NCBI GenBank assembly: GCA_963781885.1
Contig: CAWAHW010000004.1
Span: forward strand, 512,001-576,000
Length of the DNA: 64,000 bases
Direction: 5' to 3'
Source: an uncultured Spirochaetota bacterium
GTDB taxonomy: Bacteria > Spirochaetota > Spirochaetia > SZUA-6 > Fen-1364
In this document: positions 41,047-51,121 of the stretch, in pieces
Layout of the letters: each line of letters opens with the position of its first letter
Numbering within the stretch: position 1 is the first letter of the stretch
Made by a program: the position numbers and the translations under genes
The notes under the pieces: model-generated
What the model was told of the DNA's origin: nothing
What the model saw: only the letters and a program-made list of their open reading frames with translations
Databases searched by the model: none

Positions 41047-41880
41047 TCAGGGAGCCTGCCCGTACAGCGCGCGCGTGCTGCGGCCCATCATGGAGACGGT
41101 TGCCGCGCGCGGCATCAGCCTGCTCATCATCGCGTGCGCCATGCGGCTCATGAGTCCCGGCACGAGCACCCTCTTCCTGCCGAGCCCCTGCACGGCGAGG
41201 CACGCGACAACCTTTGGCTCCAGGGAGAGCGGAACTTTCTTGTCCGCCGGATGGCCGTCGGAGAGGAAGTGCGGCGTCCGCACGACCGCCGGGCAGCAGA
41301 CCAGGGTGTCCACCCCCACCGCCGCGAGCTCGTCGCCCGCTCCCTCCACCAGCGTGAGGAGAAAAGACTTCGTGGCGCCATAGACCGAGACGACCGGCGA
41401 TCCCTGGAATGCCGCCATGCTCGACATCACGATGATGCCGCCGCGGCCGCGGGCCGCCATCAGCCGGCCGTAGCCATGCACCAGCCCGAGGACGGAGGCG
41501 CAGTTGACGTCGAGCATGCGCCGGTAGTCCGCCATGACCGGCGCGAGAAACGGCCCGGTGTAGGTCACGGCAGCGTCGCAGACGAGCGTCCCGATTTCAA
41601 GGCCGTCCGTCCCGCGCAGGAGAGAATCCGCCGCGTCCTTGTCCGCGAGATCCTGCACGATCGTCCGCACCTCGACGCCGTGATCCGTGCGCAGCCCTGC
41701 CGCGGCACGCTCCAGCGCATCCTTCCTGCGGGCAACAAGCACGAGGTTCAGCCCGCGTGCCGCAAGCTCACGGGCAAATGCCTCCCCCAACCCCTCCGAG
41801 CCTCCGGCGACGAGCCCCCACGGTCCATATTTCTGCACAAACGACATTCCGGCCTCCTGCTGCATTCTTTCATTTTCCAA
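41047..41880 (-). CDS. Short-chain dehydrogenase/reductase
   Basis: AGGSEGLG, LVARR, YGATK. Confidence 0.9.
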   Translation of the reverse strand: MENERMQQEAGMSFVQKYGPWGLVAGGSEGLGEAFARELAARGLNLVLVARRKDALERAAAGLRTDHGVEVRTIVQDLADKDAADSLLRGTDGLEIGTLVCDAAVTYTGPFLAPVMADYRRMLDVNCASVLGLVHGYGRLMAARGRGGIIVMSSMAAFQGSPVVSVYGATKSFLLTLVEGAGDELAAVGVDTLVCCPAVVRTPHFLSDGHPADKKVPLSLEPKVVACLAVQGLGRKRVLVPGLMSRMAHAMMSRLMPRAATVSMMGRSTRALYGQAP

Positions 41881-41914
41881 TATCGGGAAAGATCAGGCGG
41901 CAGGCAACCCCGGC

Positions 41915-42892
41915 TCAGACGACCAGGTGCCGGCAGCGCGGACCGGCATAGCCCATGTCCGGCGTTGTAAATGCCGCCCCCAGACGGCCGCGGCAGTCGA
42001 CGGCCATGATGCCGCCGCGGCCGCCGGTGCGACGATGGATGGCGCGAAGCACCTCCTCCACCGCCTTCTGGGGATGCGCGCCGGCGGCGCACCGGTCGGA
42101 GACAGCCTTCGCGGCCGCGGCACGGATGAATGCCTCACCCCATCCCGTGCAGCAGACGCCGGCCCCTTCGTCGTCCGCGTAGATGCCGCAGCCGACGAGC
42201 GGCACGTCCCCCACCCGTCCCCGCTTCTTCCCGCGCGTGCCTCCCGTGCTCGCCCCGGCAAATACCGCCCATCGCCGGCCGCCCGTCTTGCGCACGCCGA
42301 CGACGATGCCGACGGTGCCTCTCTTCCCGTGCTCCGTCTCGCCGGTGCCGCCTCCCGTTTTTCCTTCTTCGTCGAAGAACACGCGCGCATCGGGTCTTCC
42401 CGCGCGCACCCAGGCCTCGTAGCCTTCGCGCTCACGTTGACTGACGAGTGTGGCAGGGTCGACGGCCGGGAATCCCTGGGACAGCGCAAAGCTCTCCGCA
42501 CCCTCGCCGATGAGCAGCACATGCTCGGTCTTCTCCATGACGGCGCGGGCGATCACGGAGGGGTTCTTGAACCTGCCGACCGCCGCGACCGCACCCGCCC
42601 GGAGGCCCGCGCCCTCCATCACTGCCGCGTCCAGCTCCGCCTTCCCGTCCTCGTTGAGGAAGCTTCCCGTGCCGGCGTCGAATGCCGGGTCGTCCTCCAG
42701 CGCCGCAAGCGAATCGACGACCGCGTCGAGTGGAGAGGCCCCTTTGCGAAGCGCGGCAAGCGCGGTCCGGTAGGCGTTCCTCACCCCCGCAACGTGCGCC
42801 GTCTTCAGAGCCTCCGGAATATTCCAGGCTCCCCCGTGAACCTGGATGAGGAACCGGGGATCGCCGTCGGTGGCAGTCCAATGGGAGAACAT
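41915..42892 (-). CDS. Isoaspartyl peptidase/L-asparaginase (Ntn-hydrolase, T2 family)
   Basis: VHGGA, LEDDP.FDAG, ELDAAVM, GTVG cleavage site, STGG, GRVGD, TGWGE. Confidence 0.9.
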   Translation of the reverse strand: MFSHWTATDGDPRFLIQVHGGAWNIPEALKTAHVAGVRNAYRTALAALRKGASPLDAVVDSLAALEDDPAFDAGTGSFLNEDGKAELDAAVMEGAGLRAGAVAAVGRFKNPSVIARAVMEKTEHVLLIGEGAESFALSQGFPAVDPATLVSQREREGYEAWVRAGRPDARVFFDEEGKTGGGTGETEHGKRGTVGIVVGVRKTGGRRWAVFAGASTGGTRGKKRGRVGDVPLVGCGIYADDEGAGVCCTGWGEAFIRAAAAKAVSDRCAAGAHPQKAVEEVLRAIHRRTGGRGGIMAVDCRGRLGAAFTTPDMGYAGPRCRHLVV

Positions 42893-42895
42893 GGG

Positions 42896-43813
42896 CTACG
42901 TGAGAAACTGCTGCATATAGCGACGGCTCTGGACGAGGGCCGCCTTCCTGCTCTCCAGGCTGTCCTCGAATGCGCGGTCCTCGACCTCGATGCAGGCCGG
43001 ACCGTCATAGCCGACGTCGGTGAGGGCAGACACGAAGCGCCCCCACTGTACGTCGCCCAGACCGGGCAGCTTGGGCGCGGAAAACTCCAGGGGCGTGGCG
43101 AGGATGCCCACCTCGTCGAGCCTGTCCCGCCGGACCTTCAGGTCCTTGATGTGGACGTGGAACAGCCGGTCCGGGAACTCATACACGGCCCGCACGTAAT
43201 CGATCTGCTGCCAGACCAGGTGCGAGGGGTCGAGATTCAGACCGAAGCTCTTCGACGGTATCTCCGCGAACATGCGCCGCCAGATCGCGGGGCTGGTGGC
43301 GAGATTCTTCCCCCCGGGCCATTCGTCCATCGTGAAAAGCATGGGACAGTTTTCAATGCCGATCTTCACGCCCTTTGCCTCTGCGAATGCCACGATGTCA
43401 GGCCAGACCGCGGCAAACTTCCTGAAATTATCATCGACGCCCCTGCCGGGGTCCCGTCCGATGAACGTGTTGACGACGCCGACCCCGAGGGCCGCGGCGG
43501 CCTCGATCACCTTGCGGATGTGCGCGCGATGGAACGCCGCGCTTTTTTCATCCGGGTCCAATGCGTTGGCATAATAACCGAGGCCCGAGATGCCGACACT
43601 CTTTTCCGCCAGGAGCTTCTTCATCTTCGCGACGTCCGCGGAGGACAGCGCATCCACGTCCACGTGTGTCACGCCGGCGTAGCGGCGCTCCGCCTTTCCC
43701 CGCGGCCAGCACATGAGCTCCACGCACCCGAAGCCCTCCTGCGCGGCAAATGCCACAACCTCCTCGAAGCTGAGCTCCGGGAGAATCGCGCTCACGAAAC
43801 CGAGCTTCACCAT
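42896..43813 (-). CDS. Sugar phosphate isomerase/epimerase (TIM barrel)
   Basis: [34 protein letters not shown]; SD AAGGAG. Confidence 0.88.
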   Translation of the reverse strand: MVKLGFVSAILPELSFEEVVAFAAQEGFGCVELMCWPRGKAERRYAGVTHVDVDALSSADVAKMKKLLAEKSVGISGLGYYANALDPDEKSAAFHRAHIRKVIEAAAALGVGVVNTFIGRDPGRGVDDNFRKFAAVWPDIVAFAEAKGVKIGIENCPMLFTMDEWPGGKNLATSPAIWRRMFAEIPSKSFGLNLDPSHLVWQQIDYVRAVYEFPDRLFHVHIKDLKVRRDRLDEVGILATPLEFSAPKLPGLGDVQWGRFVSALTDVGYDGPACIEVEDRAFEDSLESRKAALVQSRRYMQQFLT

Positions 43814-43867
43814 TGCCCGTTCTCCTTTCGCCTCACGCGTTGCCAAAATCCTACACGATTTTTGAAT

Positions 43868-43883
43868 ATGAGACGATTCACCA
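43868..43883 (-). promoter_or_regulatory. LacI-type operator candidate upstream of the epimerase operon
   Basis: Minus strand TGGTGAATCGTCTCAT; 14/16 identical to 55731-55746. Confidence 0.5.
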
Positions 43884-43966
43884 TCCCACGGGAAAGGACC
43901 GCGACCGGTCCCCTTCTTTCGGGCCCAAAGGCCGATGCGGTCCGCTGGGCCCCCCGCGCTTTCATC

Positions 43967-44008
43967 TTGACAACGACGCCTCCTTCCACTATTATGCAAT
44001 CGATTGCA
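43967..44008 (+). promoter_or_regulatory. sigma70 promoter with overlapping LacI-type operator
   Basis: TTGACA-17-TATTAT (43967-43995); perfect palindrome TGCAATCGATTGCA (43995-44008) with central CG. Confidence 0.8.
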
Positions 44009-44021
44009 CAAAAGGGGACAC

Positions 44022-45047
44022 ATGGTACGGATCAAGGACATCGCTTCGGCGCTCGAGATTTCCAGCGCGACCGTCTCCCGGGCGCTGAGCGATGACCCGA
44101 GAATATCCCCCCCGACCAAGGAAAAGGTGCGCGCGCTCGTCAAAAAGACCGGCTACCGCATGAATGACATCGCCCGGAGCCTGAAGACGAACAGGACCCG
44201 GACGATCGGCCTCGTCGTGCCGCAGCTCGCGGAAGAGTTCTTCATGAAAGTCGCGCACGGGATCGAAGACGAATTGAGAAACAGCGGCTACCAGATGCTC
44301 ATCTGCAACGCGCAGGAGTCGGTCGAAAGGGAGAGGGAATGCCTCGAGCTGCTGCTGCAGAAGCGCGTCGACGGCATCATCGTCATCCCCAGCACGGGCA
44401 GCGGCACCCACTTGAAGACCGTGAAGGCCCGCGGCGTCCCCTGCGTCCTGGTCGACAGGCTCGTGAAAGGCTTCGCCGCGGACGCCGTCGTGGTGGACAA
44501 CTTCGAGGCCACCCGCGGCGCCCTTTCCTGCCTTTCCGACCAGAGCATCGCGAGGCTCGGATTCATCGGCGGCGAAATGACATTCTCCACGGCGCAGGAG
44601 CGCTATCGCGGCTACGAGCAGGCATTGCGCGAACGGGGAATCCCGCTGGAAAAGGAGATCATCAAGTTTGGCGACTTTCACGCCGACAGCGGCTACGCGC
44701 TCATGAAGGAGCTCTGTGAGCTCGACCGACCGGTCCGCAGCCTTTTCATCGCAAACCACTACATGTACGTCGGAGCGGCACGGTACCTCGTGGAGAGCGG
44801 CCTCATCTACGAAGAGGCGTTCGACATCGTCAATTTCGACGAGATGAGCTCCTCCGCGGCTCTCCGGCTGGCGCGCATCACCGTTTCGCAGCCGGTCGTC
44901 GAAATCGGCGTGGAGGCGGCGCGACTGATACTCGATCGGGCATCGGGACGCAGATCAGGCCGGCACCGGATCGTCACGCTCAACACGACGCTCGTCTTTC
45001 ACGACAGAAAGCCAGCGGGGAAGGAGAAATCGGGATGGGCGAAATAA
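44022..45047 (+). CDS. LacI family transcriptional regulator
   Basis: [22 protein letters not shown]; ARSLK hinge; periplasmic-binding-fold sensor domain. Confidence 0.95.
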   Translation: MVRIKDIASALEISSATVSRALSDDPRISPPTKEKVRALVKKTGYRMNDIARSLKTNRTRTIGLVVPQLAEEFFMKVAHGIEDELRNSGYQMLICNAQESVERERECLELLLQKRVDGIIVIPSTGSGTHLKTVKARGVPCVLVDRLVKGFAADAVVVDNFEATRGALSCLSDQSIARLGFIGGEMTFSTAQERYRGYEQALRERGIPLEKEIIKFGDFHADSGYALMKELCELDRPVRSLFIANHYMYVGAARYLVESGLIYEEAFDIVNFDEMSSSAALRLARITVSQPVVEIGVEAARLILDRASGRRSGRHRIVTLNTTLVFHDRKPAGKEKSGWAK

Positions 45048-47443
45048 GAATCGCGACGCACGGCAACATGCTGGCCGCGGAGAACGGCGTGCACTCGTTC
45101 GCCTTTGACACGACGAATGCCCGGTTCGAAATCCGCTCGGCCGTCCTTCCGATTTCCGTGTCGGCCGCGGCGGCGCGGATCGAGTGCCGGATCGACGGCC
45201 GGAGAAGCATCATCGACCTTGCCGACGTTGCACGGTCATACGGCACGTCGGATTTCAACGACGCCCACGGGACGGGAAAGGAGCTGTCGGCGCGCGGCAC
45301 GACACGGGACGACCTCGCGGTTTCCCTTGCCGTGCGGATGTACGACGATCGTCCCTTTTTGCTGTTCCGGTGCGGGATTGAGAACCGCGGCGCGCATGAC
45401 GTACGGCTCGACCTGATCCGCCTCCTCGACGCCAATCCCGCGCAGGGCAGCGCCGTCGAGCTTGGGACGCCCGGAGAAAGCGCGTCGTTTTTCAAGGTCG
45501 GGTGGCATGACTGGTGTTACAGCGGCCTTCGATCGGCCGATCAAAGGGACGTCGGCACGCGCATCAAGAGCTTTGTCGGAAAGATGTATTTCAACCCCTC
45601 CACGCCGATACCCCGTCAAAAAGGAAGGTTCTGGAGTGAGGGCTGGGCAATACTCGCCGGCGCGAAGGCGGCGCTGGTTGCAGGCCTCGCGTCGCAATCA
45701 GAACAGTTCGGCCAGGTCTACGCCGACTGCAGAGGGGGGAGGCTCGGTTTCTCCCTGGTCGCCGCGGCGGACGGGATCCCGCTCGAGCCGGGCGAATCCT
45801 TCATGTCCGAGCCCGGCTTCATCCAGATCGTCGCCCTTCCCGACCCCGAACCGGCGCGGGAATACGTCGAAGCAGTCGCGCGGGAGATGCGGGCGCGCGT
45901 GCCGCAGACGGTGCCCGTCAAGTGGACCCACTGGTACCACTATTTCCACAACATCAGCGAGAAGCTCTTCCTGGACAATCTCACGGTCATCGACGGCATC
46001 CGCGACGTCATCCCGTTCAAGACCGTCCAGCTCGACGACGGCTACCAGTCTGCCTGGGGCGATTGGTACGCGTGCAACGACAAGTTCCCCTCGGGACTTC
46101 TTTCGCTCTCGACGCAGATACGCGACAAGGGCTTTACTCCCGGCCTCTGGCTTGCCCCATTCGTCGCCGATCCGAAATCGAAGCTGGCAGCCGCGCATCC
46201 CGACTGGCTCGTGAAGGATGAAAAGGGGAAGCCCATCGTCAGCGGCTACTTCTGGAGCTTCTACGGGCATTCACTCGATTCGTCCAACCCGCAGGTGCTC
46301 GACTGGCTCCGCGAGCTCATGGCGACGGTGGTGAACACGTGGGGCTTCACGTTCGTGAAGACCGACTTCACCTACGCCGGAGCGCTTCCCGGCGTGCGGT
46401 ACGACCCGAAGCTGACGCGCGCGCAGGCCTACCGCAAGGGGATGGAGGCGATCCGGGAGGGGATCGGGGAAAATGCATTTCTCCTCGGATGCGGCTCTCC
46501 GTACGGACCGTCCATCGGCCTTGTCGATGCCATGCGCATCGGCCCGGACACGGCGCCGAACTGGAACCCCTACCTGTTCAACATGAAGTTTGCCACCCCC
46601 TTCATCAAGGGCGAAACGGGCATTGGCGCGCTGCGCAACAACATCCGCCAGACGCTCAACATGAGCATCGTGCATCGCCGATGGTGGTGGAGCGATCCCG
46701 ACTGCCTCATGGTCAGGGACTACGACACGAAGCTGAGCGACGATGAGATCCTGAGCAACGTGTCCCTCATCGGTCTCATGGGCGGCCTCGTGATCAACAG
46801 TGACGACCTGACGCGCCTCTCCCCGGAACGTCAACGCCTCGTGGCTTTGCTCTGCCCGGTGCTGAGTCGCGGCGGAAGGCCGCTCGATCTTCTAGAGCGG
46901 GAAATGGCGGAAATCTACGATCTGCCCATGAGCGCGGCATGGGGAGAATGGCACGTCGCCGCCGCGTTCAACTGGAGTGACCATAAAAGGAAAAAAACAA
47001 TCTCACCCGTTCGGCTCGGATTTCCGGCGGGCGCGCGCCTGCATGTCCACGATTTCTGGAGCAACACTCATTCGGTGGCAGAGGGGCCGATCGATCTCGG
47101 ACAGGTGCCGCCCCACGGGTGCCGGCTTCTGCGCCTCACCGCGGTCACCGGTCAGCCGCGGATCGTGGGAAGCACGCTCCATATCACCCAGGGGGGAGAG
47201 ATCGAATCGCTCTGCGTTGAAAAGGCAACGATGCGCGTGATCGTGAAGGACCTCGGAAGGCGCGTCGAGGGAGAGCTGCTGTTCAGCCTCCCCCGGCAGC
47301 CGCACGGCGTCATGGTCGGCGAGACCCCGACGGATGCGCGCGACAGGGGCGATGGCGTCTGGTCGATTCCCCTGAAAGCCCGGGGACGCGTCGCGATCAC
47401 CGTTGCAATGGAGAAAAGCTCGGGCCCGAACGATGGCGCCTGA
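45035..47443 (+). CDS. Glycoside hydrolase family 36 (alpha-galactosidase-like)
   Basis: VQLDDGYQ, KFPSG, GLWLAPF, nucleophile VKTDF, acid/base MRIGPD, DPDCL. Confidence 0.88.
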   Translation: MGEIRIATHGNMLAAENGVHSFAFDTTNARFEIRSAVLPISVSAAAARIECRIDGRRSIIDLADVARSYGTSDFNDAHGTGKELSARGTTRDDLAVSLAVRMYDDRPFLLFRCGIENRGAHDVRLDLIRLLDANPAQGSAVELGTPGESASFFKVGWHDWCYSGLRSADQRDVGTRIKSFVGKMYFNPSTPIPRQKGRFWSEGWAILAGAKAALVAGLASQSEQFGQVYADCRGGRLGFSLVAAADGIPLEPGESFMSEPGFIQIVALPDPEPAREYVEAVAREMRARVPQTVPVKWTHWYHYFHNISEKLFLDNLTVIDGIRDVIPFKTVQLDDGYQSAWGDWYACNDKFPSGLLSLSTQIRDKGFTPGLWLAPFVADPKSKLAAAHPDWLVKDEKGKPIVSGYFWSFYGHSLDSSNPQVLDWLRELMATVVNTWGFTFVKTDFTYAGALPGVRYDPKLTRAQAYRKGMEAIREGIGENAFLLGCGSPYGPSIGLVDAMRIGPDTAPNWNPYLFNMKFATPFIKGETGIGALRNNIRQTLNMSIVHRRWWWSDPDCLMVRDYDTKLSDDEILSNVSLIGLMGGLVINSDDLTRLSPERQRLVALLCPVLSRGGRPLDLLEREMAEIYDLPMSAAWGEWHVAAAFNWSDHKRKKTISPVRLGFPAGARLHVHDFWSNTHSVAEGPIDLGQVPPHGCRLLRLTAVTGQPRIVGSTLHITQGGEIESLCVEKATMRVIVKDLGRRVEGELLFSLPRQPHGVMVGETPTDARDRGDGVWSIPLKARGRVAITVAMEKSSGPNDGA

Positions 47444-47461
47444 TTCAGAAGGGGGAAGGAC

Positions 47462-48433
47462 GTGATGGAAAAGTATTCTGTATTTCTGGGCAACGTGGGA
47501 AGCTGTTCCGACAGGTTCTGCAAGGCCTATGGCAGGCCGTACACTCCGGAGGAGCTTTTCGATCGCGTTGCGTCGATCGAAGGCATCACCGGCGTCGATC
47601 TGGTGGTGAACGACGAGCTCATCGACGACAAGAACCGCATGAAGGGCTGCGTGAAAAAGTCCGGTCTGAAGGTGGCGTCCCTCAACGTCGACCTCTTCTC
47701 CGATCCCGCCTACCAGCAGGGCTCCCTTTCCTCGATTTCACCGTCCACGAGAAAAAAGGCCATGGACCTCGCCTTCCGAACCATGGCCCTGGCGCGGGAG
47801 ATCGGCTGCGATACGGTGGTCCTGTGGCCGGGACAGGACGGCTACGACTACATATTCCAGGCCGATTACATCGCGGAGCGGGACCTCTTCTGCGCTTCCA
47901 TCAAGGAAATCTGCCGGCACGATCCTGCCCTCACCATCGGGCTGGAGTACAAGATCAAGGAGCCGCGCACGCGGTGCTATCTCAGCACGACCGCAATGGC
48001 GCTCCTGATCATCCAGGAGGTGGGGGAGAAGAACTGCGCCGCCGTGCTCGACTACGGCCACGCGCTGGACGCCTATGAAAACCCGGCGGAGTCGGTGGCC
48101 CTGCTCTTTCGATACGGCAATCGACTCCACCACGTCCACATCAACGACAACTATCGCTCCTGGGACGACGACATGATCGTGGGCACGGTGCATACGCTCG
48201 AGTTCCTCGAGTTCTTCTACTGGCTGCGCAAGACCGGCTACGCGGGCTGGATCACCGTGGACCAGTTCCCCTACCGCGAAGACGGGAGGGACGCCGTGGC
48301 GGAGAGCATCGCGTGGATGCGGAAGCTGCAAGGTGTGATCGGCCGGGCCGATCTGCGCGTGATTCAGGAGACGCTCGGCAAGAAGGATGCCATTGCATCG
48401 AGCCGGCTCATGCGTTCCCTGTTGTTTCCCTGA
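47462..48433 (+). CDS. Xylose-isomerase-like TIM barrel sugar isomerase
   Basis: WPGQDGYDY, LEYKIKEPR, LDYGHA, HINDN..WDDDM. Confidence 0.85.
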   Translation: MMEKYSVFLGNVGSCSDRFCKAYGRPYTPEELFDRVASIEGITGVDLVVNDELIDDKNRMKGCVKKSGLKVASLNVDLFSDPAYQQGSLSSISPSTRKKAMDLAFRTMALAREIGCDTVVLWPGQDGYDYIFQADYIAERDLFCASIKEICRHDPALTIGLEYKIKEPRTRCYLSTTAMALLIIQEVGEKNCAAVLDYGHALDAYENPAESVALLFRYGNRLHHVHINDNYRSWDDDMIVGTVHTLEFLEFFYWLRKTGYAGWITVDQFPYREDGRDAVAESIAWMRKLQGVIGRADLRVIQETLGKKDAIASSRLMRSLLFP

Positions 48434-48449
48434 GCAAGGAGGTGACGCG

Positions 48450-49046
48450 ATGCACGAAGAGCTGAAACGGACCGTCCTGGAAATCGCGGCGCTGGTCTGG
48501 GAGAGGAGACTGTCGGACGCTGCCGGAGGAAACATCAGCGTGCGCGAGGGGGACACGGTCTGCATCACCCCGAAGCTGATGGGCTACCGGCTGCGCTGGC
48601 ACATCACGGAACAGGACCTTGCCCTCACCACGCTCTCCGGCGAGGTACGGGAGGGACCGGCGGAGATCACGCGCGAAGGGCTTCTCCATCTGGGAATCTA
48701 TCGGGCTTTCGACGAGGCACACGCCGTCATCCACGCCCACCCCTACTGGACGAATGTGTTCGTGGCAAAGGCGCGGCCGATCGTCCCGACGCTGGAGACG
48801 ACGCAGAAGTTCGGCACAATCGAATGCATTGAAGAGACGCGTGGATACTCGAAGGAGCTTGCGGAAAAGGTGATCGCGCACTTCGCGACGAAGCGGGAGC
48901 TCCTCCGGCAATCCGCATTGATGGTGATCCTGCCGCGACACGGGATCGTGGCGGCCGGCCGCGACATGAATGCCTGCTTCGACATCGTGGACCGGATCGA
49001 GTCGGAGTGCCGGTGCCAGATACTCGGCAAGCTGCTCGACCTGTGA
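48450..49046 (+). CDS. Class II aldolase/adducin family protein
   Basis: GGNISVR, E..LH..IY, VIHAHP, HGIV; SD AAGGAGG. Confidence 0.88.
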   Translation: MHEELKRTVLEIAALVWERRLSDAAGGNISVREGDTVCITPKLMGYRLRWHITEQDLALTTLSGEVREGPAEITREGLLHLGIYRAFDEAHAVIHAHPYWTNVFVAKARPIVPTLETTQKFGTIECIEETRGYSKELAEKVIAHFATKRELLRQSALMVILPRHGIVAAGRDMNACFDIVDRIESECRCQILGKLLDL

Positions 49047-50007
49047 TCCTCGCCGTGACGCTCAATCCCGCCGTGGACTACACCGTCTACGGCGGCGCGT
49101 TCCAGCCTTACCAGACGAATCGGGGAAGGGACATCCCCCCGGACCCGGCGGAAAAGGCAACAACGCGGCGAGGATCTGCCGGATACTCGGGCATGAAACG
49201 ATTGCAAGCGGCATTGTCGGGGGCTTCACCGGCGCGTTCATCGAGAAGAAGCTCGGCGAGGAGGGGATCGTCACCGATTTTCTCCATGTCGCGAGCCCGA
49301 CGCGGATCACGCTCGCCTTTCTCAGCGAGGGCAGCGGTCGGGACACGAAGATCGTGCCGGCCGGCGCCGACCTTTCATCCGCCGCGGAAGCTTTTCTCAC
49401 CCATTACCGCGGGCTGTTGGAGAAATACCCCATCACCATCGTCCTGCTCTGCGGCTCGCTCCCTCCGGGCATTCCGCCGGATTATTATGGAACACTCATC
49501 GATGCCGCAAAGGCGAAGGGGATTCCCGCCATCCTCGACACGAGCGGGGCGCCCCTTCTGCAGTCGCTTGCGCATTCCCCCCTCATGGCGAAACCGAACC
49601 TCGCGGAGGCGCGCGAGGCATTCGGAAGCGCCGACTCTGACGCGTTGGAAGAACGTCTTCGCGCGCTGTCGCTCTCGATCCGGCTCGTCGCGCTCACCCT
49701 CGGCGGCGACGGGGCGGTATTCTTCACGGAGGGGAGGCGCATCGAGGCGAAATCCCCCGCGCGCTCCGCGGTGAGCTCCGTCGGAGCGGGGGACGCGTTC
49801 GTCGCCGGTCTTGCCTGTGCCTACGCGCGATTCGGTTTCGATCTCGACGCGCTGATCACCTGGTCGATGGCGGCCGGAGCCTGCACCGCGCAATCGCCCG
49901 GCATCACGTGGGAGCAATCCCTTTTTCGGACGATGCTCGCCCGGGAGGAGAGGACGCACCGCGCGATCCCGTCGGAGGACAATGGGAACGATATTCCGCC
50001 CTCGTGA
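49043..50007 (+). CDS. PfkB family 1-phosphofructokinase/tagatose-kinase-like hexose kinase, frameshift near 49146
   Basis: VTLNPAVD, PGGKGNN, GSLPPG, LDTSG, KPNLAE, VGAGDAF; one added base joins the frames. Confidence 0.85.
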
Positions 50008-50027
50008 CGGACAGCCGTTCTGCGGCG

Positions 50028-50408
50028 TTAGGACTGCGGGACTGCTCCGAGGAATAACTTCAGTGAAAGGGCCCACAGAACAGGATTGAGAAAGATCCCG
50101 ATGATTCCAAAAACCATGCCGGTCAGGGTCGCTCGTTTTTCAGCCGGCGACATTCTGCCGGACCTTATCTTTTTCAGATCGCGGCTCCCCATGACCCAGG
50201 CCGGTATGCCGATGAAGAGTCCCGCGAGAATGATGCTGAGGATGCCGAAAAAGAGGATCGTGCTCCCCCTGCCCTGTTCGACTGTCGAATAACCCGGGTC
50301 AACCGCGCCTTTTTGCAAAGCCGGCTGCGCAAGCGCAAGGGGCCGCCCGCAGGAAACGCAGACGGTGGCATATGCGTCGTTTGTCCGGCCGCAACTCTTG
50401 CAGCGCAT
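50028..50408 (-). CDS. Zinc-ribbon + DUF4190-like membrane protein
   Basis: CKSCG...CVSCG; two TM helices flanking GSRDLKKI...ATLTG. Confidence 0.75.
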   Translation of the reverse strand: MRCKSCGRTNDAYATVCVSCGRPLALAQPALQKGAVDPGYSTVEQGRGSTILFFGILSIILAGLFIGIPAWVMGSRDLKKIRSGRMSPAEKRATLTGMVFGIIGIFLNPVLWALSLKLFLGAVPQS

Positions 50409-50640
50409 GTGCTCCCCCTTGCCAGGCTTTCCGGCTCCTGCCGGCGAGATGGCCGCAGCCCCTCATCCCGCCTGAACCGGTCATCCTCGTGCGGCAGAAA
50501 TTTATGACTGGCAAAGGGGTCGCGTCAAGTCTGAAGACGCCGGTGCCTTCATGCGGGCGGGGATCCCTGGCGCTTTCCCCTCTCACAGTTGGCGGTTTTG
50601 CCTCTCACGCTCAAGGAACATGTCGGTGTATTATGTCACC

Positions 50641-51039
50641 ATGAAAGCAGAAACCATCGTGATGTCCGCAGTGATTCCTGCAGACCCCAACGTCATCTAC
50701 AAGGCATGGCTGAGCGGCAAGGAGCATGGCGAAATGACCGGCAGTGGAGCCACCGTCGTTGCCAGGGTCGGGGGGAAGTACACGGCCTGGGATGGCTATA
50801 TCTCGGGAAAGACGCTGGAGATGGAGCCCGGAAAGCGCATCGTGCAGTCCTGGCGCTCCACCGATTTCCCCGCGGACGCGGCCGACTCCCGGCTGGAGGT
50901 CACGCTCGCCGTGGCCAAGGGCGGCACGAAGGTCACCTTGACGCACAGCGAGCTGCCGGCCGGCAGCTCGGCGGAATACAAGAAAGGCTGGATCGACTAC
51001 TACTTCACGCCCATGAAGAAATATTTCGCGGGCAAATAG
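50641..51039 (+). CDS. SRPBCC/AHSA1 domain protein
   Basis: IYKAWL, GGKYTAWDG, RIVQSWR, GTKVTLTH, GWIDYY. Confidence 0.88.
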   Translation: MKAETIVMSAVIPADPNVIYKAWLSGKEHGEMTGSGATVVARVGGKYTAWDGYISGKTLEMEPGKRIVQSWRSTDFPADAADSRLEVTLAVAKGGTKVTLTHSELPAGSSAEYKKGWIDYYFTPMKKYFAGK

Positions 51040-51121
51040 GGGCGGCACGCCTGACGACAGCCGCGCGTAGGCACGTCGACGCCCGCCGTGTTACGGTGAG
51101 CGTCATGCGCGGCGGCCGCAC

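Noticed and set aside
50409-50640. c-di-GMP-I riboswitch-like look (GGCAAA...GAAA on the minus strand)
   Set aside because: Required paired stems and the downstream GCAAAGC-type segment could not be built; better explained by a direct repeat and promoters.
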